A DNA stretch of 64,000 bases from Eledone cirrhosa (lineage: Eukaryota). The translations under genes and the position numbers were made by a program. Where the stretch lies: contig OZ024744.1 of assembly GCA_964016885.1 (NCBI GenBank), positions 88,598,001-88,662,000 of the forward strand, written 5' to 3'. The notes beneath the pieces are model-generated. The model had not been told where the DNA came from, did no database searches, and worked only from the letters and a program-made list of their open reading frames with translations. This document shows, piece by piece, positions 43,581 to 55,691 of this stretch; within the stretch, counting starts at the first letter, position 1; each line of letters begins with the position of its first letter.

Positions 43581-45070
43581 AGTATGTATGTATACGTACA
43601 TACATATATGTATACAGACGTGCAGTAGCATGCATATATATATATATATATATATACATATATACACGTATGCATACAGGTACACATACATATATGCACG
43701 CATCAGTTTAGCCGACGTTTATTATAACGCCTGCTTTGTTCGTTTGTTTGTCAACAAGTCGAACAGCCTGAATTTATGCCATACGGTGTTAAGGCAACCA
43801 CGTCACCTTTTTGTTCAACACTGACACAGGAACGATGTACTAGTTTCAAGCTTGTTAGCTATCATCAGCACCGTTTACCCATCTGCCAGATAGTTGAACG
43901 TTCGAAAGTATATACTTTCCTTATGAAAATTAACGGCTGAGCAGCCTAATTTGCATATTGAGTGAGTTAAATCGGTCAGGCATACCGAAAACGATAAGTT
44001 GAAAAAAATGAAAACGAAATTTCATTTCTCACTCTTAGTATGGCACTTACTTAAATGTAAGTATGTATGTATACGTACATACATATATGTATACAGACGT
44101 ACAGTAGCATGCATATATATATATATATATATATACATATATACACATATGCATACAGGTACACATACATATATGCACGCATCAGTTTAGCCGACGTTTA
44201 TTATAACGCCTGCTTTGTTCGTTTGTTTGTCAACAAATCGAACAGCCTGAATTTATGCCATACGGTGTTAAGGCAACCACGTCACCTTTTTGTTCAACAC
44301 TGACACAGGAACGATGTACTAGTTTCAAGCTTGTTAGCTATCATCAGCACCGTTTACCCATCTGCCAGATAGTTGAACGTTCGAAAGTATATACTTTCCT
44401 TATGAAAATTAACGGCTGAGCAGCCTAATTTGCATATTGAGTGAGTTAAATCGGTCAGGCATACCGAAAACGATAAGTTGAAAAAAATGAAAACGAAATT
44501 TCATTTCTCACTCTTAGTATGGCACTTACTTAAATGTAAGTATGTATGTATACGTACATACATATATGTATACAGACGTACAGTAGCATGCATATATATA
44601 TATATATATATATACATATATACACATATGCATACAGGTACACATACATGTATGCACGCATCAGTTTAGCCGACGTTTATTATAACGCCTGCTTTGTTCG
44701 TTTGTTTGTCAACAAATCGAACAGCCTGAATTTATGCCATACGGTGTTAAGGCAACCACGTCACCTTTTTGTTCAACACTGACACAGGAACGATGTACTA
44801 GTTTCAAGCTTGTTAGCTATCATCAGCACCGTTTACCCATCTGCCAGATAGTTGAACGTTCGAAAGTATATACTTTCCTTATGAAAATTAACGGCTGAGC
44901 AGCCTAATTTGCATATTGAGTGAGTTAAATCGGTCAGGCATACCGAAAACGATAAGTTGAAAAAAATGAAAACGAAATTTCATTTCTCACTCTTAGTATG
45001 GCACTTACTTAAATGTAAGTATGTATGTATACGTACATACATATATGTATACAGACGTACAGTAGCATGC

Positions 45071-45103
<33 letters not shown>

Positions 45104-45550
45104 TACACATATGCATACAGGTACACATACATATATGCACGCATCAGTTTAGCCGACGTTTATTATAACGCCTGCTTTGTTCGTTTGTTTGTCAACAAAT
45201 CGAACAGCCTGAATTTATGCCATACGGTGTTAAGGCAACCACGTCACCTTTTTGTTCAACACTGACACAGGAACGATGTACTAGTTTCAAGCTTGTTAGC
45301 TATCATCAGCACCGTTTACCCATCTGCCAGATAGTTGAACGTTCGAAAGTATATACTTTCCTTATGAAAATTAACGGCTGAGCAGCCTAATTTGCATATT
45401 GAGTGAGTTAAATCGGTCAGGCATACCGAAAACGATAAGTTGAAAAAAATGAAAACGAAATTTCATTTCTCACTCTTAGTATGGCACTTACTTAAATGTA
45501 AGTATGTATGTATACGTACATACATATATGTATACAGACGTACAGTAGCA

Positions 45551-45588
<38 letters not shown>

Positions 45589-45738
45589 TACACATATGCA
45601 TACAGGTACACATACATATATGCACGCATCAGTTTAGCCGACGTTTATTATAACGCCTGCTTTGTTCGTTTGTTTGTCAACAAATCGAACAGCCTGAATT
45701 TAACGGTGTTAAGGCAACCACGTCACCTTTTTGTTCAA
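43575..45738 (-). repeat. Left arm of the hammerhead tandem array: ~4.5 units of ~479 bp, 4 HHRs on the minus strand
   Basis: Near-identical units; first HHR at 43831-43875. Confidence 0.95.
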
Positions 45739-45811
45739 AGCAGGCGTTATAATAAACGTCGGCTAAACTGATGCGTGCATATATGTATGTGTACCTGTAT
45801 GCATATGTGTA

Positions 45812-45844
<33 letters not shown>

Positions 45845-46000
45845 GCATGCTACTGTACGTCTGTATACATATATGTATGTACGTATACATACATACTTAC
45901 ATTTAAGTAAGTGCCATACTAAGAGTGAGAAATGAAATTTCGTTTTCATTTTTTTCAACTTATCGTTTTCGGTATGCCTGACCGATTTAACTCACTCAAT

Positions 46001-46048
46001 ATGCAAATTAGGCTGCTCAGCCGTTAATTTTCATAAGGAAAGTATATA
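46001..46048 (+). promoter_or_regulatory. Putative snRNA-type promoter in each unit: octamer, PSE-like, TATA-like
   Basis: ATGCAAAT 46001-46008; TCAGCCGTTAATTTTCATAAGG 46017-46038; TATATA 46043-46048; block largely conserved in the diverged 60-kb family. Confidence 0.4.
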
Positions 46049-46081
46049 CTTTCGAACGTTCAACTATCTGGCAGATGGGTA

Positions 46082-46126
46082 AACGGTGCTGATGATAGCT
46101 AACAAGCTTGAAACTAGTACATCGTT
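46082..46126 (+). ncRNA. Representative minimal type I hammerhead of the array
   Basis: AACGGTG CTGATGA TAGCT-AACA-AGCTT GAAA CTAG TA CATCGTT: 7-bp stem I, palindromic stem III, GUA cleavage triplet. Confidence 0.9.
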
Positions 46127-46408
46127 CCTGTGTCAGTGTTGAACAAAAAGGTGACGTGGTTGCCTTAACACCGTATGGCATAAATTCAGGCTGTTCGATT
46201 TGTTGACAAACAAACGAACAAAGCAGGCGTTATAATAAACGTCGGCTAAACTGATGCGTGCATATATGTATGTGTACCTGTATGCATATGTGTATATATG
46301 TATATATATATATATATATATATGCATGCTACTGTACGTCTGTATACATATATGTATGTACGTATACATACATACTTACATTTAAGTAAGTGCCATACTA
46401 AGAGTGAG

Positions 46409-46434
46409 AAATGAAATTTCGTTTTCATTTTTTT
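46409..46434 (+). terminator. Hairpin + T7, putative Pol III terminator, in each unit
   Basis: AAATGAAA-tttcgt-TTTCATTT-TTTT; contains the first T>=4 runs after the TATA motif. Confidence 0.4.
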
Positions 46435-46773
46435 CAACTTATCGTTTTCGGTATGCCTGACCGATTTAACTCACTCAATATGCAAATTAGGCTGCTCAGC
46501 CGTTAATTTTCATAAGGAAAGTATATACTTTCGAACGTTCAACTATCTGGCAGATGGGTAAACGGTGCTGATGATAGCTAACAAGCTTGAAACTAGTACA
46601 TCGTTCCTGTGTCAGTGTTGAACAAAAAGGTGACGTGGTTGCCTTAACACCGTACGGCATAAATTCAGGCTGTTCGATTTGTTGACAAACAAACGAACAA
46701 AGCAGGCGTTATAATAAACGTCGGCTAAACTGATGCGTGCATATATGTATGTGTACCTGTATGCATATGTGTA

Positions 46774-46817
<44 letters not shown>

Positions 46818-47264
46818 TGCTACTGTACGTCTGTATACATATATGTATGTACGTATACATACATACTTACATTTAAGTAAGTGCCATTTTAAGAGTGAGA
46901 AATGAAATTTCGTTTTCATTTTTTTCAACTTATCGTTTTCGGTATGCCTGACCGATTTAACTCACTCAATATGCAAATTAGGCTGCTCAGCCGTTAATTT
47001 TCATAAGGAAAGTATATACTTTCGAACGTTCAACTATCTGGCAGATGGGTAAACGGTGCTGATGATAGCTAACAAGCTTGAAACTAGTACATCGTTCCTG
47101 TGTCAGTGTTGAACAAAAAGGTGACGTGGTTGCCTTAACACCGTATGGCATAAATTCAGGCTGTTCGATTTGTTGACAAACAAACGAACAAAGCAGGCGT
47201 TATAATAAACGTCGGCTAAACTGATGCGTGCATATATGTATGTGTACCTGTATGCATATGTGTA

Positions 47265-47295
<31 letters not shown>

Positions 47296-49882
47296 GCATG
47301 CTACTGTACGTCTGTATACATATATGTATGTACGTATACATACATACTTACATTTAAGTAAGTGCCATACTAAGAGTGAGAAATGAAATTTCGTTTTCAT
47401 TTTTTTCAACTTATCGTTTTCGGTATGCCTGACCGATTTAACTCACTCAATATGCAAATTAGGCTGCTCAGCCGTTAATTTTCATAAGGAAAGTATATAC
47501 TTTCGAGCGTTCAACTATCTGGCAGATGGGTAAACGGTGCTGATGATAGCTAACAAGCTTGAAACTAGTACATCGTTCCTGTGTCAGTGTTGAACAAAAA
47601 GGTGACGTGGTTGCCTTAACACCGTATGGCATAAATTCAGGCTGTTCGATTTGTTGACAAACAAACGAACAAAGCAGGCGTTATAATAAACGTCGGCTAA
47701 ACTGATGCGTGCATATATGTATGTGTACCTGTATGCATATGTGTATATATGTATATATATATATATATATATATGCATGCTACTGTACGTCTGTATACAT
47801 ATATGTATGTACGTATACATACATACTTACATTTAAGTAAGTGCCATACTAAGAGTGAGAAATGAAATTTCGTTTTCATTTTTTTCAACTTATCGTTTTC
47901 GGTATGCCTGACCGATTTAACTCACTCAATATGCAAATTAGGCTGCTCAGCCGTTAATTTTCATAAGGAAAGTATATACTTTCGAACGTTCAACTATCTG
48001 GCAGATGGGTAAACGGTGCTGATGATAGCTAACAAGCTTGAAACTAGTACATCGTTCCTGTGTCAGTGTTGAACAAAAAGGTGACGTGGTTGCCTTAACA
48101 CCGTATGGCATAAATTCAGGCTGTTCGATTTGTTGACAAACAAACGAACAAAGCAGGCGTTATAATAAACGTCGGCTAAACTGATGCGTGCATATATGTA
48201 TGTGTACCTGTATGCATATGTGTATATATGTATATATATATATATATATATATGCATGCTACTGTACGTCTGTATACATATATGTATGTACGTATACATA
48301 CATACTTACATTTAAGTAAGTGCCATACTAAGAGTGAGAAATGAAATTTCGTTTTCATTTTTTTCAACTTATCGTTTTCGGTATGCCTGACCGATTTAAC
48401 TCACTCAATATGCAAATTAGGCTGCTCAGCCGTTAATTTTCATAAGGAAAGTATATACTTTCGAACGTTCAACTATCTGGCAGATGGGTAAACGGTGCTG
48501 ATGATAGCTAACAAGCTTGAAACTAGTACATCGTTCCTGTGTCAGTGTTGAACAAAAAGGTGACGTGGTTGCCTTAACACCGTATGGCATAAATTCAGGC
48601 TGTTCGATTTGTTGACAAACAAACGAACAAAGCAGGCGTTATAATAAACGTCGGCTAAACTGATGCGTGCATATATGTATGTGTACCTGTATGCATATGT
48701 GTATATATGTATATATATATATATATATATATGCATGCTACTGTACGTCTGTATACATATATGTATGTACGTATACATACATACTTACATTTAAGTAAGT
48801 GCCATACTAAGAGTGAGAAATGAAATTTCGTTTTCATTTTTTTCAACTTATCGTTTTCGGTATGCCTGACCGATTTAACTCACTCAATATGCAAATTAGG
48901 CTGCTCAGCCGTTAATTTTCATAAGGAAAGTATATACTTTCGAACGTTCAACTATCTGGCAGATGGGTAAACGGTGCTGATGATAGCTAACAAGCTTGAA
49001 ACTAGTACATCGTTCCTGTGTCAGTGTTGAACAAAAAGGTGACGTGGTTGCCTTAACACCGTACGGCATAAATTCAGGCTGTTCGATTTGTTGACAAACA
49101 AACGAACAAAGCAGGCGTTATAATAAACGTCGGCTAAACTGATGCGTGCATATATGTATGTGTACCTGTATGCATATGTGTATATATGTATATATATATA
49201 TATATATATATGCATGCTACTGTACGTCTGTATACATATATGTATGTACGTATACATACATACTTACATTTAAGTAAGTGCCATACTAAGAGTGAGAAAT
49301 GAAATTTCGTTTTCATTTTTTTCAACTTATCGTTTTCGGTATGCCTGACCGATTTAACTCACTCAATATGCAAATTAGGCTGCTCAGCCGTTAATTTTCA
49401 TAAGGAAAGTATATACTTTCGAACGTTCAACTATCTGGCAGATGGGTAAACGGTGCTGATGATAGCTAACAAGCTTGAAACTAGTACATCGTTCCTGTGT
49501 CAGTGTTGAACAAAAAGGTGACGTGGTTGCCTTAACACCGTATGGCATAAATTCAGGCTGTTCGATTTGTTGACAAACAAACGAACAAAGCAGGCGTTAT
49601 AATAAACGTCGGCTAAACTGATGCGTGCATATATGTATGTGTACCTGTATGCATATGTGTATATATGTATATATATATATATATATATATGCTACTGTAC
49701 GTCTGTATACATATATGTATGTACGTATACATACATACTTACATTTAAGTAAGTGCCATACTAAGAGTGAGAAATGAAATTTCGTTTTCATTTTTTTCAA
49801 CTTATATATATATGAATATCAATAAAATAAAATAACAGGAGGCTGGACTGGTGTAATTCCTTGAAAGGTTTATTATAATATA

Positions 49883-49954
<72 letters not shown>

Positions 49955-50539
49955 CATGTATATATGTATATATTATACTAGCAGAAAAAACGCCCTCGGG
50001 CGGTTTTCTGCTAGCATATGTAGTGTGCATATTGGTTTTATACGCAAATATATATATGTAAATTGAAAAGTAAATTGGCAACATCTTCTTATTCGCCCAC
50101 TTATTTCTGAGAGAGTTGTGGGGGGCAGTCATTCTCAAACACTCCTTCCAGTGAGTCTGTCAGAAGCAAACCTCTCTAACCGATCCAGCTGAATCCCAAG
50201 GCTTGAATCCCAACTATCTTGCTCAGGGTCTACCTCCGGGTCTCTTGCTCGTTGGTTTTGCCTGTAAAATGTGTCCAGCGATTCTTTACTGAGACATTCT
50301 AACCACATGCTCATAATATCGGAGTTGTAATCTCTCAATTCGGAGAAGTAGCGGTTCTACCAGGAGTGACTTTCTGGTCTCTGAGCTATGCACTTTATCG
50401 AATAACATTACTCCAAAGACCCTTCGGAGGAATCCCATTTCTGCTGCTTTTATATATATATATATATAAAGAGTGAGAAGGAGAGAGAGAGAGAGAGAGG
50501 GGGGGATACAGAAAGAGAGAGGGAGAGAGACAGGGAGAT

Positions 50540-50755
50540 AATAGCTGCACTTTTAGGCTACGGCCAACCACACGACCCTGTACCATAAATTGAACAAGCA
50601 ATGCCTGTGCTTTGAAGGTTTTTTAAGAGGGGGAAATGCTTTGCACTCGACCAATCCCACTCTCTGGGCATCGAAAACACTACCCGAAAAGGAGAACTGG
50701 CCAACATCATCGGATGTATGGACATACATACATACATACATACATACATACATGC
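50540..50755 (+). repeat. Unclassified short repeat with (CATA)n tail; relative at 55300-55555 (-)
   Basis: Shared GCAATGCCTGTGCTT..CCAATCCCACTCTCTG..CCCGAAAAG..AACATCATCGG. Confidence 0.65.
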
Positions 50756-50784
50756 ATACATATATATTCATATATTATATTAAA

Positions 50785-50999
50785 GGTACGAGGCGTAGTG
50801 GCTAGAGCGTTTGGTTCACAATCCTGAGGTTGTGGTTTCAATACCCGGAACGGATGGTGCATTGTTGTTGACCAAGATAGATTATTTCGGACTAGATTTG
50901 GAATGGGGAGAGTGTTATGCATGGGCAACTGCTGTCCTTTCACAAAAACACCTTCCCCGTGTCGGTATCTTTGAGGGGCGCAAAACCCACAGTTTTTAC

Positions 51000-51058
<59 letters not shown>

Positions 51059-51237
51059 CCAGTTGAAGGAAGACGTAGTAGAGGAAGACCACGAAAAAAC
51101 ATGGGCGGAGTCGATGAGAGCAGACCTCAGATCGGTGAAGCTCACGGTGGAGATGACGAAGGACCGTCACAAGTGGAGAGATGCTGTGCTGAATAGGACC
51201 TGTCCCACCCTTGCAAGCAGGGAAAAGCGGGCGTAAT

Positions 51238-51285
<48 letters not shown>
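50785..51285 (+). mobile_element. Second tRNA-like SINE head plus RTE-like 3' tail with (GAT)n, split by (TA)n
   Basis: A-box-like GGCGTAGTGG, B-box-like GGTTTCAATACC; tail translates as W.E.MRADLR..L..EMTKDR.KWR.AV. Confidence 0.6.
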
Positions 51286-51599
51286 CTATATATATATATA
51301 TATATATATATAATAAAGAGGGTAGTGGTAAGATACCAGATGGACCATAACCCACGAGAGTACTTGGGGTAGTAGAGTGGGTAGTATGAACTAATTCAGG
51401 ACCCCGACGGCCTTTTCGACAATTAGATCCGAATGTAAAATGGTCCAATAACTAGGGTTTTTTTCTAGTTTTGTTGGTTATATATCTTACGTGACTTTGA
51501 TCCTTTACTGCCAAGTTTTAGAGATCGTTCAGACTATTTATCTGTTTATTTTTCATTTCTCTTTTGCAGGTTAACCTCTATTTATTTCGATTCAGTATA

Positions 51600-52460
51600 G
51601 TTCTTCAAACGTTTCTGGAGGACATTATGTCGCTTTCATGGACTCTCTAGGTTCCACTTCCCATCGTGGAGCTGTCTATATGAGGATTGTTGGAATTCTA
51701 TTGTCACTCATTCTGAGGAGATGACCAATCCATGTTAATTTTAATTGCAAATGAAAGGATTCAATGCCACTGATTTTTACATTTAGAGAATAGTTCAACA
51801 TTTGAAATTTTCTTATTTAAGCTATATCCACAATTAATCATAGGTTATGAAAAACATCAAGCTATTTAATGACTGATCGATAGGTGACCAAAGATTCCGA
51901 TCCATGGAGGAGAGTGGAAATTACTACAGCTAAATAGACATTTTTTTTTATTCATTGATATTTCTCATTCATCCCACAAACGATAATGTAATTTGTCGAA
52001 AGCATTTGTAGCTTTGGCTATAATATTTCATCATCAAGAGTGGGAGTCCTCAGATATGTGAATTTCTCTACATATTTCAAGTTCATTTTTTCCTCGGCGG
52101 GGATGGGAGTGATTAGGAGCTGATGAACTGGTTGTTGTGTTATTTTATACCTTTGATTTGTTTGAGGATAGGATTTGAATGGTGGATGTCTTCCGTATTT
52201 TTAAAGACCAAAAGGCTTTAATCGCATTGGCGAATCGATTAACAAGCTCCTGCTTTCCTTTTACAGATGTTGCCACAAGTGCAGTATCACCGCGAAACAA
52301 ACCGATACGTATCTTGTCATTTAGAGAAATGTTTTTGGTTTTAAAGGACTGGTTATTGAAAAGGTTACCATTGGTAAGGAACTAGAATCATACATCTAAA
52401 TCAAATTGAAGTATGGCTGAAAAGAAAGTTTCAAAAAGAACTGGGGCCATTACACGTCAA
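51600..52460 (-). mobile_element. Heavily decayed RTE/BovB-like LINE fragment
   Basis: Residual peptides FRGDTALVA, EKFTYL, AKATNAF, WIGHLLRM. Confidence 0.55.
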
Positions 52461-53890
52461 AAGATTCTGAAAGCTGACAATCTTATAAAACAAATATATT
52501 TATTCATATGTGTAAGGAGATTTTTACATTTAGCATTTTATCTGGTATAGCGATATTGTGTAGACAGTGTTGAAAATTTAGTTAGAGTGAAATTTCTCAC
52601 GAAATTTCTCGGAATCCTAGTGAATTGAAAAAGCTATATCAATGGTACCACAAGCTGATACAAGTTCAAACACTGGGAAGTGAGAACGAACAGGTTACTG
52701 GCAAATTGATTATAGGAAGAGAAAGATAAAAGGATACCATACATTATTAAATGGAACATCCTGGACCAGACATGCTCTTATATTCAAGGAAGAAATATAT
52801 GTTCACTCTGGCTCAGTGAATTTTTAAGGGTGTTACAAGCATGTGTGAATCATTAGAAGATGTCCACACATAAGGTCACATATCTTCTCATGATGGAAGT
52901 ATACAGGCTCAAACACAAAAAACATCTCTATCTTTTACCCGCCTTACTCCACTAAATTGGCCTCATGCCTATACGCACGTTACACTGCACTCAAACACGT
53001 TTAAATACAATAAGCTATATAAATTATATACTCATAAATAACATTTTAATAATACACATATTCACAGTCCATTTTAATGTGGGTTAAATACAACTATATC
53101 AATAATATATTCATACATGCACACATACTCAAAAGTACACAAATACTCATCATATAAATATTCAACAACTCACTACGCCTTAAAAAATTCATGCCTTCAC
53201 TACAATAATCCATGTAACTATACACAGAACAATATAAACTCATACATATACAGAATACAGGCATTTTACCAATTACAATTATTACATTAAAAAATATAAA
53301 CATACAGACACATGAATAACAAAGATATGAAATTATTTTTAGATTATTATTACCTCTGTCGCACATGCCGAAGTCTCATGTATGAAATGACATCGGCTAT
53401 ACTGGCATTGCTTGAAAGATAAAGAACACTATCAGATAAGGAAATCTATATATAAATTTGAATGACTTACGTCCGTCCGTCACGCAATGTGTGTGTGTCA
53501 GTGTGAGTTTGTGTGAATGTATGTGTGTGTAAACGGAAGGGATGGTAAAAAAAACTATAGCAAAACAGCTGCTTGCGTTCTATTTGCTACGCTGTGTTTG
53601 AGTATATGAGTATATGTGTAAATGTGTGTGTGCGTGAATGTATGCGTGTGTTTGTGTGAATGTATGTGTGTTTGTGTGAATGAATGTCTGTGAGTGTGTA
53701 TTTTGTAAGTGTGTCTGTGTTTGCGTGTTTAATTTATATACTCATACGTATAAATTTATACATATGCACACACACACAAACATACGCACACACATACGCG
53801 TCAGCGTTTTGAAAAAGTATTTAATAAAAATGATCAAACTGGAACACAGTCGTGCTTTCAATATAAAACGTTTTGAGTGAATACGTGTGT

Positions 53891-53983
<93 letters not shown>

Positions 53984-54333
53984 TGTGTGAATGTGTGTGT
54001 GTGTGTGAGTGTGTGCGTATGTGTGTGTGTGAATGTGTGTGTGTGTGCGTGTGTGTGTGTGCGTGCGTGCGTGTGTGTTTTGAGTAAGAACTTATGATTG
54101 CGTATTTATATGCATATAGTACTAACAGCTCTTGCTAAAATGTGACATGAATTAATAGTTGAGTCGTCACAGGAGTAGTTAATTCAGGGAAGTTTCAGGA
54201 TTTATAGTAAGAAGAGCAGAGCTCTGGTAGCGATCATATAGTGCTCGAGTCAGTAAATCATTGGAGTCGACTGAGATCTAAGGATAAATATCGTTTTACC
54301 AATGTATATTTTCTATATATTATAGCTGAATAT

Positions 54334-54420
<87 letters not shown>

Positions 54421-54446
54421 AACACACACACACATATTTATATATA

Positions 54447-54485
<39 letters not shown>

Positions 54486-54589
54486 TACACACAAATTATT
54501 TAAATGTGATTAGACATGTAATCTCTAAATATATTTATGCATTTAGTTAATACGTTTACATATACATATGTGTATGCGAGTGTCTCCAA

Positions 54590-54643
<54 letters not shown>

Positions 54644-55603
54644 ATGTATATGTGGATGTATGTAAGTAAGTATGTATGTATGTACATGTGTGTGTGTGTG
54701 TGTATGTATTTTCGTATGTAGATTATTATTTTTGTTTTTTGTTTTTGCCATTAGCGATACGAAGATAAAGTAACTTGGTATATCTTGTAACGAAGTCATT
54801 GGAACTCTTTGGAAAGTTCTTTGCATTAAATTTATTTGATCAATGATAATTCTTTGAAAGGAAATCAACAGTTCAGTTGAAAATTTCCTAGCGAAGTGTT
54901 TTCAGGAACATCTAGATCAGAATTATAGCGACAGAGGCCAGGTCAAGCATACTTTTAAGAATCATTCATTTATTCAGGTTCAGTATCCGGCGACTAGGAT
55001 GGGGAGATCTCTTTTGATCAGACTCATTGCCACCAACAATTCATTTCGCATTTATCACGATTATGTATGTATGTATGTATGCATATATGTTTGTATGTAT
55101 GTATGTTTGTATTATGTATGCATGTGTGTATGTGTGTATATATGTATGTATTTATGTATGTATGTATGAATGTATGATGGTATGTATGTATGTATGTATG
55201 TATGTATGTATGTATGTATGTATGTATGTATGTATGTATGTATGTATGTATGTATGTATGTATGTATGTATGATGGTATGAATGAAAGTATGTATGTATG
55301 AGAAGGCAGCTCAGGAAACGTGGATAACTCCGATATAAAACCTGCGGCTCAGTAGTTACCGATGATGTTGATGTTTTCTTCTTTTCGGGTTATAGCTACT
55401 GTCGCTCAGAGAGTGGGATTGGCTCAGTGCACAGTCTTTTCTCACTTTAAAAAATATCTTCAAGCACAGGCATTGCATGATAGAATTAATTAATTATTAT
55501 TAATAATGGTATATCGTGCAATGGCCATACTCGATAACAAGGGGGCAGCCATCATGTATGTATGTATGATGGTATGTATGAAAGTATGTATTTATGAAGT
55601 GTT

Positions 55604-55652
<49 letters not shown>

Positions 55653-55691
55653 TTATGTATGTATATATGTATATATGTATGTATGTATATT

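Larger units (their letters stand above)
45736..49804 (+). repeat. Right arm of the array: ~8.5 units, 8 HHRs on the plus strand
   Basis: CTGATGA at 46089, 46568, 47059, 47540, 48019, 48498, 48977 and 49456; length differences come from the internal (TA)n. Confidence 0.95.

Noticed and set aside
43588-49800. Repeated 63-102 aa ORFs (MKKMKTKFHFS...) as a tandem gene family
   Set aside because: The frame depends on (TA)n length and changes between units; the conserved feature is an RNA motif on the opposite strand
43575-49804. CRISPR array or rDNA/5S/snRNA cluster
   Set aside because: No unique spacers, no cas genes and no recognisable rRNA or snRNA sequence
50080-50400. Possible host exon (MRDYNSDIMS...)
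   Set aside because: No recognisable domain or convincing splice context; it sits between TA tracts and is probably a mobile fragment
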